The position numbers were made by a program, and so were the translations under genes. This document shows, in pieces, positions 10,006 to 20,400 of a DNA stretch of 64,000 nucleotides (position 1 is its first letter; the number at the start of each line of letters is the position of its first letter). Under the pieces are notes generated by a model, which was given only the letters and a program-made list of their open reading frames with translations, was not told the origin of the DNA and searched no databases. Source of the DNA: Minisyncoccota bacterium (GTDB taxonomy: Bacteria > Patescibacteriota > Minisyncoccia > Phycocordibacterales > JABAAK01); the NCBI GenBank assembly GCA_965216295.1, contig OZ244141.1, positions 4,864-68,863 of the forward strand, read 5' to 3'.

Positions 10006-11616
10006 CTATGTGATACTTCTCTTGAGACGAGCAATTATCCTCTCTGCTTTTGTTTTTACCTGCTTGAGATACGCTTCAAAATCTTTGATGCGATTCATAG
10101 AACCATCAGATATCTCGTAGTACTGCTGAATATGCACCTGTTCCAAAAACCACCTGTTGTGTGACACTAATAGAACAGCTCCGTTGTATGTCTTGAGTAA
10201 TTCACACAAAGCACGAACCGCAGGCATGTCGAGATGATTGGTTGGTTCATCAAGAATGAGCATGTTGACACCGAGTGTATCAAAGATTGCAAAGAGGGTG
10301 CGTGCACGAGTACCAGATGAAAGTTTTCCGACTGTTTGGTGTAATGCGTGTTCTGGCAGACCATATTTTTTCAACATATGAAATGCTTTTTCAGTATCTG
10401 TACCAGTTTCTCGTGTAAATAACTCCACAGCAGTACATGACCTATCAGCACGTTCGTGTTGTTGCATAAGATCACCAAAGGTTACCCCTTCTGAAACAGT
10501 AATGGTACCAGAGAGAGGTTTATGCATACCGATAATGGATCGTAAAACGGTACTCTTACCAACACCATTCTCTCCCATGAAACAGACCCGTGTACCAATT
10601 TTCAATTCAAACGAAAATGGACCAACTTCTGTTGTGTGTTGTGCTGGTAGTTCGGTGTCTTTATATCCCACAACAACCTGATCCGCTACGATAGCAACAT
10701 CTGATTCAATATCTTTTGAGTGCACACGCATTGCAAATGTTTCTTCTTCAAATGGTTTTTCTATTCGATCTAGTTTTTTTAATCGCCGTGATAGCGCTTT
10801 TGCTCTTCCCTGACTAGAACTTGCACGATCACGAGACCACCCTGCTGCACGCTTATCACTGTCTCGTACCTCAGTTTTGTCTATCTTCTCACTTTTCTCT
10901 TTTGTCGCACTCACCTGCTCTTCAAGACGAAGTATTTCTTTTTGCTGTCGCTCGTGCATTTCTTTCTGTCGCAAGTATTCTTTTTCTTGTCGTTGCAGGT
11001 AATCAGTATATGAACCACGCTGTGCTTGAATGGTTTTCTCTGTCAGTACAAACACACGGTTCGTGACTGCATCCATAAAGTACAAGTCATGTGATACGAT
11101 AATGAGTGTCTTTTTCGATTCCTTGAGAAAACTCTCCAACCAGATAAGTGATGGTATATCGAGATTGTTGGTTGGTTCATCAAGGAGGAATATATCAGCA
11201 TCTTCAAGTAAAAAACGAGTAAGGAGTATTTTGCTCTGTTGACCACCACTCATCAGTTTGAGCGGCAATGCAGCAATCTCCTTTGATATCCCCAGGCTGT
11301 TGAGAAATGTATAGGCACGATGTTCTGGCACAGAACCACCGTTTGCCTGTGGTGCAGTGATGTACGCAATGCCTGTACGACTTTCACCTGCAATTATTTC
11401 TTGCGGTAAGTGAGCAACTGTTTTTCCTTTCGCAATGGTAACTGAACCACCATCCGTTGATTCACACCCAGCAATGATTTTCAGTAACGTACTTTTACCA
11501 ACACCGTTTTTACCAACCAAGGCAACCTTGTGTCCTTCATCAAGCGTAAAAGAAATACCAGAAAAGAGTAATTGCGCATTAAATTGTTTTTCCAAAGATT
11601 GTACTGAGAGTAACAT
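10006..11616 (-). CDS. ABC-F family ribosome-associated ATPase
   Basis: Two ABC domains (GKNGVGKS/MSGGQ/LLDEPTNNLD; GENGVGKS/LSSG/ILDEPTNHLD), helical linker, no TM segments. Confidence 0.93.
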   Translation of the reverse strand: MLLSVQSLEKQFNAQLLFSGISFTLDEGHKVALVGKNGVGKSTLLKIIAGCESTDGGSVTIAKGKTVAHLPQEIIAGESRTGIAYITAPQANGGSVPEHRAYTFLNSLGISKEIAALPLKLMSGGQQSKILLTRFLLEDADIFLLDEPTNNLDIPSLIWLESFLKESKKTLIIVSHDLYFMDAVTNRVFVLTEKTIQAQRGSYTDYLQRQEKEYLRQKEMHERQQKEILRLEEQVSATKEKSEKIDKTEVRDSDKRAAGWSRDRASSSQGRAKALSRRLKKLDRIEKPFEEETFAMRVHSKDIESDVAIVADQVVVGYKDTELPAQHTTEVGPFSFELKIGTRVCFMGENGVGKSTVLRSIIGMHKPLSGTITVSEGVTFGDLMQQHERADRSCTAVELFTRETGTDTEKAFHMLKKYGLPEHALHQTVGKLSSGTRARTLFAIFDTLGVNMLILDEPTNHLDMPAVRALCELLKTYNGAVLLVSHNRWFLEQVHIQQYYEISDGSMNRIKDFEAYLKQVKTKAERIIARLKRSIT

Positions 11617-11705
11617 AAACGTTGTATTGATTGTCTATCATGCTGTTGCTTGCGCTCCATAGTGAAAATAGCGAAAGCACTATACCACAATCACTTCGCT
11701 ACACA

Positions 11706-13061
11706 CTATGATGCCGTTATCCCTAACTTTTGTAGACGACCAGCAATATTTTCGTACCCACGATCGATAACCTGTTTGTTATACAGAACAGTTTCACCAT
11801 CAGCAAGAATGGCAGCGAGAACACAGGCAAAGCCAGAACGAATATCGACAGCAACAACTGACGTTCCTTTTGGATGTTTACCATTCAAAGGATGTGTCCG
11901 TGCCCTACTATTATCCAAGTATTCAATATCAAACCCAAACTTTCGCAACTCTGTTATTTGTGCCGCCATTCTCTCTTCAAAGATAGTTTCCTGAACAGTG
12001 TGTGTGTCGTTAACCTGTGTCAGAAAAACAAGTGTTGGTGTTTGTAAGTCAGTCGGGAATCCTGGATACTCCTTTGTGGTAATGGATAGTGATTTTTTGT
12101 TGGTAAAGGAAAAATCTTCTGGAATGCAGAGGTGAATACTTTCTGCTGTCTCGGTGATGCCTGGAACCCCAAGAGTACGGAGTAATTCCACCACCACTCG
12201 CACATGCTGTGGTTGGCAGTTTGTAATGGTAATGTCACGACCAACTGAAGCAGCAAGAAGGAGCCAAGAACCTGTTTCAATTCTATCTGGAATATTCGTA
12301 AACGGAACTGAAGCAACAAGCGGAACACCACCAGTACCATCAATACTCAGCGTTTCTGTGCCAATGCCACGTATTGTGCCACCATTGTCAACAAAAAATT
12401 GTAGGAGATTTTCAATCTCTGGTTCTAACGCACAGTTCTGTATCACTGTTGTGCCAGAAGCAAGCAATGCCGTCATTGCCGCTGTCATCGTACCGACAAC
12501 ACTCTTTCGCGGAAAGGCAAAAGTTGTACCAGAGAGTCCTTGTGGTGCCTCACAGACTATATGTCTGTCATTGATATGCACTGTGGCACCGAGTGCTCGA
12601 TAGAAATCAAGATAAAAATCAATGGGACGCTTACCAATAGAGCATCCTCCAGGACCAGCTTTAGGGATGCAACAACGACCAGTACGAGCAAGACAGGGAC
12701 CAGAAAAAGCAACAACTCCTCTAGTCTCTGCAACCTCATCAGCTGGTAAATCAGATCCCACCTGTTTCGGCACGACGACAGAAACATCACCATTTGCACG
12801 ATGACACGTAATACCAAGTGATTTGAGAATACGCAGAAGTGATGCTACATCACTGACTGTCGGCACATTGTGTAAGGTAAAATCACCTTGAAAGATAACC
12901 GCAGAGGCAAGTGCTGGGAGAATACCATTCTTTGAAGGAGCAATCGGTATAACACCAGAAATGATCCTTTGACCACCACAACCAACAATACGGAGAACAT
13001 CCGTAGTATCATTTCGATTATCATGCCCTACATGTAGCAATCCATCAAGTGATGTCTTCAT
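11706..13061 (-). CDS. murA: UDP-N-acetylglucosamine 1-carboxyvinyltransferase
   Basis: SKN, PGGCSIGKRP (catalytic Cys), SVVGT, ALEPEI, PDRIETG, YPGFPTDLQ, IFEER, DIRSG, IDRGYE. Confidence 0.96.
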   Translation of the reverse strand: MKTSLDGLLHVGHDNRNDTTDVLRIVGCGGQRIISGVIPIAPSKNGILPALASAVIFQGDFTLHNVPTVSDVASLLRILKSLGITCHRANGDVSVVVPKQVGSDLPADEVAETRGVVAFSGPCLARTGRCCIPKAGPGGCSIGKRPIDFYLDFYRALGATVHINDRHIVCEAPQGLSGTTFAFPRKSVVGTMTAAMTALLASGTTVIQNCALEPEIENLLQFFVDNGGTIRGIGTETLSIDGTGGVPLVASVPFTNIPDRIETGSWLLLAASVGRDITITNCQPQHVRVVVELLRTLGVPGITETAESIHLCIPEDFSFTNKKSLSITTKEYPGFPTDLQTPTLVFLTQVNDTHTVQETIFEERMAAQITELRKFGFDIEYLDNSRARTHPLNGKHPKGTSVVAVDIRSGFACVLAAILADGETVLYNKQVIDRGYENIAGRLQKLGITAS

Positions 13062-13076
13062 AGGGGTAGTAAAAAT

Positions 13077-13715
13077 TTAACGGTGACACAGCGTTCTTGA
13101 GAACTGGAAAAGTAAAATAATTGAAAGAAGTGAAGTAATAGTAACCAAAAAATAGACGACAATTTGAATAGCAATAAAGGTTGGTGTTATAGCAAGCTGA
13201 CCTAAAGCCGAGAATGGAATGATTGCCAACAGAGAAAACAACACGAGAAAACCACTGGTCAAAATACCAAACATACCAGTTGCCCCAGCTAAGATGCCAA
13301 GCCGTCGCCATGCTTTTGCCAATGCGTGATAGAACAGCATTCCAATAAGGGAAAGTGCTATTGGCCAAATACCATAGAGAACAGAAAAGATTTGATCAAT
13401 GAGAGATGGTGCTGATTGATTTAAAAATAAAAGAAGGGTGCTGAGTATGATAGCACCAGATACTGAAACAGCAATATAGATAAGTGCATACAGAGCAAGG
13501 CGTTTACTTCGTACCGTCACACCAGCCATATAGTACCCTGCTTGAGTTATGGTAATGAAAAAGACAGACAACACCGTGAGAGTAATAAAGGTGGTAAGTG
13601 AAAACTCACCAACACTCAGAAATCTCCAAAGGACATCGACAAAGAGATATCCCACACTTGCAATTCCCGCAAGAAAATAAATGTTGCCGCACATTGCATT
13701 CTGAAATGACTTCAT
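13077..13715 (-). CDS. Multi-pass membrane protein of unknown function
   Basis: About six hydrophobic helices; co-oriented with murA; TACCAT 8 nt upstream. Confidence 0.7.
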   Translation of the reverse strand: MKSFQNAMCGNIYFLAGIASVGYLFVDVLWRFLSVGEFSLTTFITLTVLSVFFITITQAGYYMAGVTVRSKRLALYALIYIAVSVSGAIILSTLLLFLNQSAPSLIDQIFSVLYGIWPIALSLIGMLFYHALAKAWRRLGILAGATGMFGILTSGFLVLFSLLAIIPFSALGQLAITPTFIAIQIVVYFLVTITSLLSIILLFQFSRTLCHR

Positions 13716-13782
13716 ATGTATATATGGTAAGAACTATACCACCCATTTCACAACTTTCATAACACCCAATAGTATACCACCT

Positions 13783-15180
13783 TTAGACACGTCGTTGGTT
13801 TGCCTCCTTGGTTGCAACGCCAAAGTCCTGTTCAAGAGCCTCAGCAAGGAAATCCGCTCCAAGAATGGCAACCATCTTTTTTGTATCAACAATACCGTTG
13901 TAGAGGCACGTTGTTGCTCCCGGAGAAGGCGTGACATTAAATAGTATGTGATCACCTTGCAATTTCGCCTCACCCAAGCTTAGTGGTATCTTAGTGGCAG
14001 TATTGACGATTTGCGGTCGAACACCACCCTGCCCTCGTGCTCGTTGCACTTCAGAGAATGTAACGGTAGGAATAATCTTTCGCACCTCTTTCATAAAAAG
14101 GTAGTTACCAAGAAATGGAATCTGGAAGAGTATGTTGTGCTTTATCGCATAGAAGAAGAAATCAACATCAAGTAAAATACGAATGTACGATACGATACTG
14201 CCAAAAAGTGGTGAGAGTGTTGAGAAGAATTCCCTCACAGTGCTATATCGATGCCGTTCAAGCATAAAAACCATTCGTGTGGTTGGACCAAACCTTGTTT
14301 TGGTACTATCTAAAATATCTGGGTCACCGTGTACTGCAGAAAACGGTAATTTTGGATTTTGTACTGTATAGACCTTCGTGGTGATGTGCTTTGGTGTGTA
14401 ATAAAAATTACCAGCAACACAGAGAAGAGAGAGCTTCTGTGCCTCTGGGAGATGCATTTGTTTTGCAAACAACATACTGTGTGCACCAGCACAGACAGAA
14501 ACAAAACGACAACGGTATACTTCCCGATTGGTGGTGACAGTAAACTGCCCATTCTCATCTCGCTCTATTTTTTGTACCTCTGTATTAAATGCAACATGGA
14601 AATTTTTTCCTGTTACTTTTGAGTGTGCCTGTGCATCTTCAAGTAGTGATTGTGCTAGTATTCCGTAGTTTACCGTTAGCCCGTCTTTGTTGTAGAGCGC
14701 AGAGAGTCGTTGCCAAGCAGGTCTGCCTTCAAGTATCTTCGGTTCAACAGCCCCTATCTCATTTCTACTTAACTGTTCAAGGGTTGGATACAGAGAAGCA
14801 ATTTCTTCAAATCGCTTCTTTAAAAAAGAAACTTCATCGTCACCAATCCCGAGTACCATTTTTGGTCCTCGTAAAAAAAGCCCTTCTTTCTCTTTCGTCT
14901 GCACGTAGTGGCGTACAAATGCCGATTTCTGCTTTACTGCTGCTGCCTTCTCAAATGTATAGTTTGTCTCAATATCCCCTTCATGCAGAGTTTGTGAGTT
15001 ACTCGTTGCATGAGAATTAATAAATCCAGCATCGCTTTCTTTTTCAAGAAGAACAACATTCTGCAAATTGGTATACTTTGCCATGGCAAAGAACTGTGCG
15101 GCACCTGACACACCAGCACCAATAACAACAACGTCAAGTACGTCCTTGTTAGTATTGTTCGTAGTATCCATTGGATTCAT
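13783..15180 (-). CDS. mqo: FAD-dependent oxidoreductase, malate:quinone oxidoreductase-like (Helicobacter/Campylobacter-type)
   Basis: VVVIGAGVSG, 'NSQTLHEGDIETNY', 'KVYTVQNPKLPFSAVHGDPD', 'RFGPT', 'GGVRPQ', 'FNVTPSPGATTCL'. Confidence 0.75.
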   Translation of the reverse strand: MNPMDTTNNTNKDVLDVVVIGAGVSGAAQFFAMAKYTNLQNVVLLEKESDAGFINSHATSNSQTLHEGDIETNYTFEKAAAVKQKSAFVRHYVQTKEKEGLFLRGPKMVLGIGDDEVSFLKKRFEEIASLYPTLEQLSRNEIGAVEPKILEGRPAWQRLSALYNKDGLTVNYGILAQSLLEDAQAHSKVTGKNFHVAFNTEVQKIERDENGQFTVTTNREVYRCRFVSVCAGAHSMLFAKQMHLPEAQKLSLLCVAGNFYYTPKHITTKVYTVQNPKLPFSAVHGDPDILDSTKTRFGPTTRMVFMLERHRYSTVREFFSTLSPLFGSIVSYIRILLDVDFFFYAIKHNILFQIPFLGNYLFMKEVRKIIPTVTFSEVQRARGQGGVRPQIVNTATKIPLSLGEAKLQGDHILFNVTPSPGATTCLYNGIVDTKKMVAILGADFLAEALEQDFGVATKEANQRRV

Positions 15181-15207
15181 ACGGCATTATATTTCTGCGA
15201 CACCACT

Positions 15208-15870
15208 CTATGACTGTATGTCTGCAACACTGATGAATTGTGAGAAACTCTCACACCAAATAACGACACTATTAAGCCCAGTAATGTCTAAATCATCAGG
15301 TAATGTAAAGACCTGATAACCACTAAACTGATTCATTTCACCAATATCAATCGACTTGTCTTTGAGGGCAAGGAATGCAGATCCTGTTTCCACATTCACT
15401 CCTGGCACAAGGTACACGTGATATGCGGGTCCATTTGTTACACGAAAGTCTTCACCAGTTACCAATTTCTTTTTCCCATCAAAGTCAACAATCATGACAT
15501 TCCCCCACCCTCGATGAGCAGGATCAGAACCTTGTGCGTCTGGATTAAAAGTACCAGTTCGTAAAATTGTGACTTGTGGTTTTTGCTGAGGTATTTTTTC
15601 TGTCTCTGTTACATCACCATCTGTATCTACAATTTTTTCCGTTTCATCTTCTTGTGTTAGTGTCTCAGAGTCAATTACTTCAACTTCTACTGGAAGAACA
15701 CCAGGAAGTACTGAAACCGCTTCATTTTTTCGCAATGCATCAATAAGTGCAATATCAGATTCAGTCTTTGGTTTCTCAACAGATCGATGAGTGATATATA
15801 TAAAACCCGCAATGATGACAAGAATAACAATAAAGATACCAATCTTATTCATATTTGCAGTATGAACCAT
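15208..15870 (-). CDS. DM13 domain-containing membrane-anchored protein
   Basis: N-terminal TM; 'DFRVTNGPAYHVYL...SGYQVFTLPDDLDI...SVVIWCESFS'. Confidence 0.85.
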   Translation of the reverse strand: MVHTANMNKIGIFIVILVIIAGFIYITHRSVEKPKTESDIALIDALRKNEAVSVLPGVLPVEVEVIDSETLTQEDETEKIVDTDGDVTETEKIPQQKPQVTILRTGTFNPDAQGSDPAHRGWGNVMIVDFDGKKKLVTGEDFRVTNGPAYHVYLVPGVNVETGSAFLALKDKSIDIGEMNQFSGYQVFTLPDDLDITGLNSVVIWCESFSQFISVADIQS

Positions 15871-15931
15871 TGCTCTAATAATATCAATACGCTACAATAC
15901 ACACATCATTGAAATTAATTTTTTGTAATAT

Positions 15932-16501
15932 ATGGGTAAGTATATAAAATATATACGAGAACACTTCCTCGTGATTCTTGCATTCGCCCTCCCTGTTTTC
16001 GTCATCATTGGAGTTGTTCTGAGTATCTATCTACCAAAACAACCACCGCTGACAACGTATACCTTTCTCTATAGCCACTGCAACTATTATTACGCATGTA
16101 CAGGTCACTACCATATCTCAGAGGATGGTGACATTTATCTAAAACAAAAGGATGAGAAAGGTGCTCGCCATACATCATTACTTGAAGATCCGATGCTCTT
16201 TATCTACAATCCAACGACCGATACCAACACAAGTATCACAATAGAAGAGGCACAAAATATATCGTTAAACAAGAGTACCACCTCACCAGATAATGTGCAG
16301 TTGTACTATCAGAGAGGAAATGATAGTAATATTCCATTTCTTTTAGAAAGTGTGACAGGATACGGTACTCGTCCTGGGCATGGGTACTTTTTTCAAAAAG
16401 ACGACATGACACAGAGAGTAAACCTCATCATGAATGTACAACGGAATGGTAGAGGAGTTAATAAGTATGATTACTCCTTCATTGGGTGGATTATAGAATA
16501 A
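15932..16501 (+). CDS. Hypothetical membrane-anchored protein
   Basis: 189-aa ORF with N-terminal TM; co-oriented with the next gene, 3-nt gap. Confidence 0.7.
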   Translation: MGKYIKYIREHFLVILAFALPVFVIIGVVLSIYLPKQPPLTTYTFLYSHCNYYYACTGHYHISEDGDIYLKQKDEKGARHTSLLEDPMLFIYNPTTDTNTSITIEEAQNISLNKSTTSPDNVQLYYQRGNDSNIPFLLESVTGYGTRPGHGYFFQKDDMTQRVNLIMNVQRNGRGVNKYDYSFIGWIIE

Positions 16502-16504
16502 AGT

Positions 16505-17485
16505 ATGGGGTATACTGAAAACAATATGGAAAGGACTGAGTTGCAAGAAAATAGTGATACCCCAACAGAGGTGACTCCTCAGAAAAAATCAAAAATTGAT
16601 GTTAAGAAAATCCTCTATTCGGTGGCTGCTGTTTTTGTCATTATCGGACTGCGAGAATATCTAGGAGAGATATGGTCTCTCGTTGGACCGTTTGGAAGAA
16701 TTGCCTTAACACTTCTTCTCGGTATTGCTCTAACCGTCAGTGCTATGATTTTGGTGAAACAAAGGAAGATACACGTGGGTGGTAGTGTTCTTCATTTCAT
16801 TGGAGGTCTCTTGGTGGCAGCTGGTATATCTCTTGTTCTGTTTGAGTTGCATTCTAGAGAATTTCTTATCGATAATCTTTTTTGGTTATCAGCATTCCTA
16901 TTCTTCATTATGACTGGTGTGTATGCCTTTCTTGCGCACAAAGAGAGGGGTGTTGGTCACAGTGTTTTTGTCTTTATGGCAGTATCTGCATTTACCACTA
17001 CTGCAATATTCGCGCTCAGAGCAATTTCTGATACAATAATATTCAAGCTCAAAATAATTTTTGATATTGATGTTTTTTTAAGTGATTTATATACCTATCT
17101 TTCAATAGCAATTGGTGTTTTGTATATAGCGCTCGCTTACATGCAAAAAGAGACACTACACAGATACCTCTCTCGTTTTCTATACATCTTTGGCTATTTA
17201 GGAATATACGCTAGTTTTTTTGAACAAGCAGTTCTGCACAAATCTATTCCGTGGGAAGTGGCAGGATACTTTATCATCGTTCTTGGTTTTTATTTGTCTA
17301 GATATATGAATAGCAGAATACTTCTGGTGATGGGCATTCTTTTTCTTGTCCCACAAATCTTCTATACAGCAAGTGAACACTTCTCTCTCACTAACTGGCC
17401 TATCATGCTCATCATTCTCGGAGTACTTGTTGCCATCTTTGGTTACCTTTCAACAAGACTCTCTCTATTTTCTAAACAAAACTAG
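16505..17485 (+). CDS. Multi-pass membrane protein (DUF2157-like)
   Basis: 'ILYSVAAVFVIIG...W..VGPFGRIALTL'; about nine TM helices; C-terminal 'WPIMLIILG'. Confidence 0.65.
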   Translation: MGYTENNMERTELQENSDTPTEVTPQKKSKIDVKKILYSVAAVFVIIGLREYLGEIWSLVGPFGRIALTLLLGIALTVSAMILVKQRKIHVGGSVLHFIGGLLVAAGISLVLFELHSREFLIDNLFWLSAFLFFIMTGVYAFLAHKERGVGHSVFVFMAVSAFTTTAIFALRAISDTIIFKLKIIFDIDVFLSDLYTYLSIAIGVLYIALAYMQKETLHRYLSRFLYIFGYLGIYASFFEQAVLHKSIPWEVAGYFIIVLGFYLSRYMNSRILLVMGILFLVPQIFYTASEHFSLTNWPIMLIILGVLVAIFGYLSTRLSLFSKQN

Positions 17486-17495
17486 GTAGTGGTTG

Positions 17496-20400
17496 CTATA
17501 AAGAAGGTGCGCCATTGGAGTAAAAGGTGGTAACTGGAGTCGGAAGATGGATTGGTTCTTTTAGTGTTGATTGAGTTGTCGACTGCTGTTCTTGTGAGTT
17601 TTTCTTTGGAACCCCATTTTGTTTTTTTGCTGGTTGAACGATATCATTTATAAATACTGGAGTTGTCGGTAAACTAGGTGCATTGATATTTGTGTTGAAG
17701 TGAGTATTCTCTGGAATAACGATACTTTGAGGAGGTGATAGTGCTGATTTTTGTGCTCTGAGGATAGTGATTCTTTCGAGGAGTGCGTTGATTGCTTTTC
17801 TGAGCATAGTAATGGTGCCGGCGGTATCACCACGGTCTGGTTGAATAATGATTATTTCTTCTGGTATGAGTTGTTTTGGTATGGATTGTTTTGGTATGGA
17901 TTGTTCTATTTGTTCTTGGATGTGCTGTATGGTTGCTGGTCCGAGGACACCGGTTGGTGCAGACAGTCCTAGTGGAGTGAGTATCTCTTCTTTGTATACT
18001 TCTTGGTATTGTTCCAGAGCTCTCTTGGTTGCTGGTCCAAAGTATTCTGTTTCTTGTCCTGGTGATCCTGCTCCTTGGTCTGTAACGGTGAATCCTTGAT
18101 TGTTGAGGAACTGTTGTAGTTGTTTCACTTCTTTCTCTTCATCTCCTAGTTGTAACGATGTTGTAAATATAATTTTCCCGACAGGAACAATATCTTGTTC
18201 TACATCCTCACCAATGATTTTTCCTTCGCCATCATTATTGTCAAAGACGTCTGGAACGATTATAGACGTAATGGAACCGACAATTCCTCCTCCGCCGCCA
18301 CTTGAAGCTATTCTAAAAGATGGGATAGCGAAAGTATCAGCAGAGACATTCTCAACATCATCGGTAAATTGTATTGAACAATCTGAGTATGTTCCTGAAC
18401 TTGGTGAATTGAATGTAACGGTATATGTTCCTAACTCTTCGGTTGTTTCATAACTACCTTCAATTGTTTGTAAATCTTGACATTTTTCATCAAACGATGG
18501 TGTTAGAGTCTCTCCTGCTGTTCCACTAACATTAACTGTGAAGTAGGGTCTTGACTTTCTACTTGTATTTACCGCAGAGACAGAATTGATAACTGGAGCA
18601 TCATTATCTATTCGTATTTTCATTTTAACCATGTTCCCGGCTGCATCATGTACTACTACAATTGGTTTTGTATCATATTCTCCAGATGGAATGCCTGCTG
18701 GTATAATTTGCTCTGCATCAAATGTTTTTGAAGAAAGTGCCCCGTTTACTTGTATTGCATTACTATCTTCAACGACAAATGAAAGAGTTCTTGTTGTTCC
18801 TGCTTTAATAGGTGGTATGACAGTTTGGACTGGGCTGACAGTGTCTACAAATATTGTCAGTGTCGATTCTAATAGCTGCACACCATTTAAATCAAACTCT
18901 CTTACTGTGATGTTATATTCCCTGTCATTTGATCCTACAGAAGTGGGAAATGCACTCTTTGGAATTGTCACTGTTCCGCCAGTGCCGTCTCCATTGACGT
19001 ATGTACTACCATCAAAACTATACTTCCACGCTGTTCCTAATCTCTTTATTACGGTTATAGTTGAATCTGAAGTTATACCGTCTGATTTAGATATACCTGT
19101 GTCATTTGCAAGAGTTAGTGTCAAAGTGGGAGGTGTTAATGTAACATTTGCTGTACTCGCCTCACTGGCACTCCCAACAATATCATATACTATGGCTCGT
19201 ATTGTATATGTCCCAAACTCCAAGGTTGATAGGTTAAGGTTTGTTGTGTTTTCATCATTATCATTAAAAAAGTTACTAGTGTATGAACCAGATACCTGTT
19301 CATTATTTTGATTACGAATTTCATAATGAACGCTCCCTACACCACTACCTGAATCGGAAGCAGTTACGGAAACAATAAATGTTTCTGTTTTTTCTCGTAT
19401 GATTGTTGTTGCTGGTATATTAAAAGAATTGATAGTTGGAGGTGTTGTATCAGTGAATATAGTATATTTCTCATAGGAAAAATTATTGCCTTTTTGTTCC
19501 CGTATACAAATCTGAGCAGCACCATCGTTATCAAACACACCGTTATCACTCTTTATCGCAGTGGCACTATATCCAGAAATAGAATTACATGGCGTGGTCA
19601 CATTGGAGCTAGCAGCATATTGAAAAGTAAAACCTTCCGCCCCTTTTGCAACTATTATATCTATTGGCGGTGTGCTGTTTTTTACTTGTTTGCTAATATA
19701 ATGCCGGGATTCAGTGAGTACATTATCATCATGATCATAATCTATTATGGCGGGATTCTGTGTGTACGCTGATTTTTTTGTGACAGAATTAATACTTCTA
19801 ATCGGGTCGGAAGAGTTTCCTGCATTGTCATATACGCTAGCTTGTAGTGTATATGTTCCAGACAGAATGCCAGATAAATCAAGAGTTGTTGTTTGACGAT
19901 TACTAACAATTTGCTCTATAACCTCCTTAGGTGTAAAACTATTTGCAGGATCAATCGAATAGACAATTTTCCCTACCCTATTTATGTCTGCAATACCCGC
20001 CACAGTAACCTCAAATTGTGCTTGATTAGCTAATGTGATGCTATTTGAATCTGCAGAAATACCAGTAGCGGTTGGAGGTGTTGTGTCAACTATAAATTTA
20101 TATGATAAGTATGAGTAGTTGGCGTCAATGTGGTTTGTTCTTATACAGATTGTATAACCACCATCATTATCTATAACCGAATTACCAACCAAAATAGGGT
20201 TCGTACCATAATTCCTTAACGCAATATCACTACATTCTACGGCTGTACCAGACTGTATATTGTATTTGATATCAAAAAAACCTTCAATTCCATCTATAGT
20301 AATTATTGCCTGGGTTGTATTACTTTTTCCATCCTTATTTATAAAATGAATTTCTTCTGAACCATTATCATAGTTAACGATGAAATCTGCTGGTTGTAAA

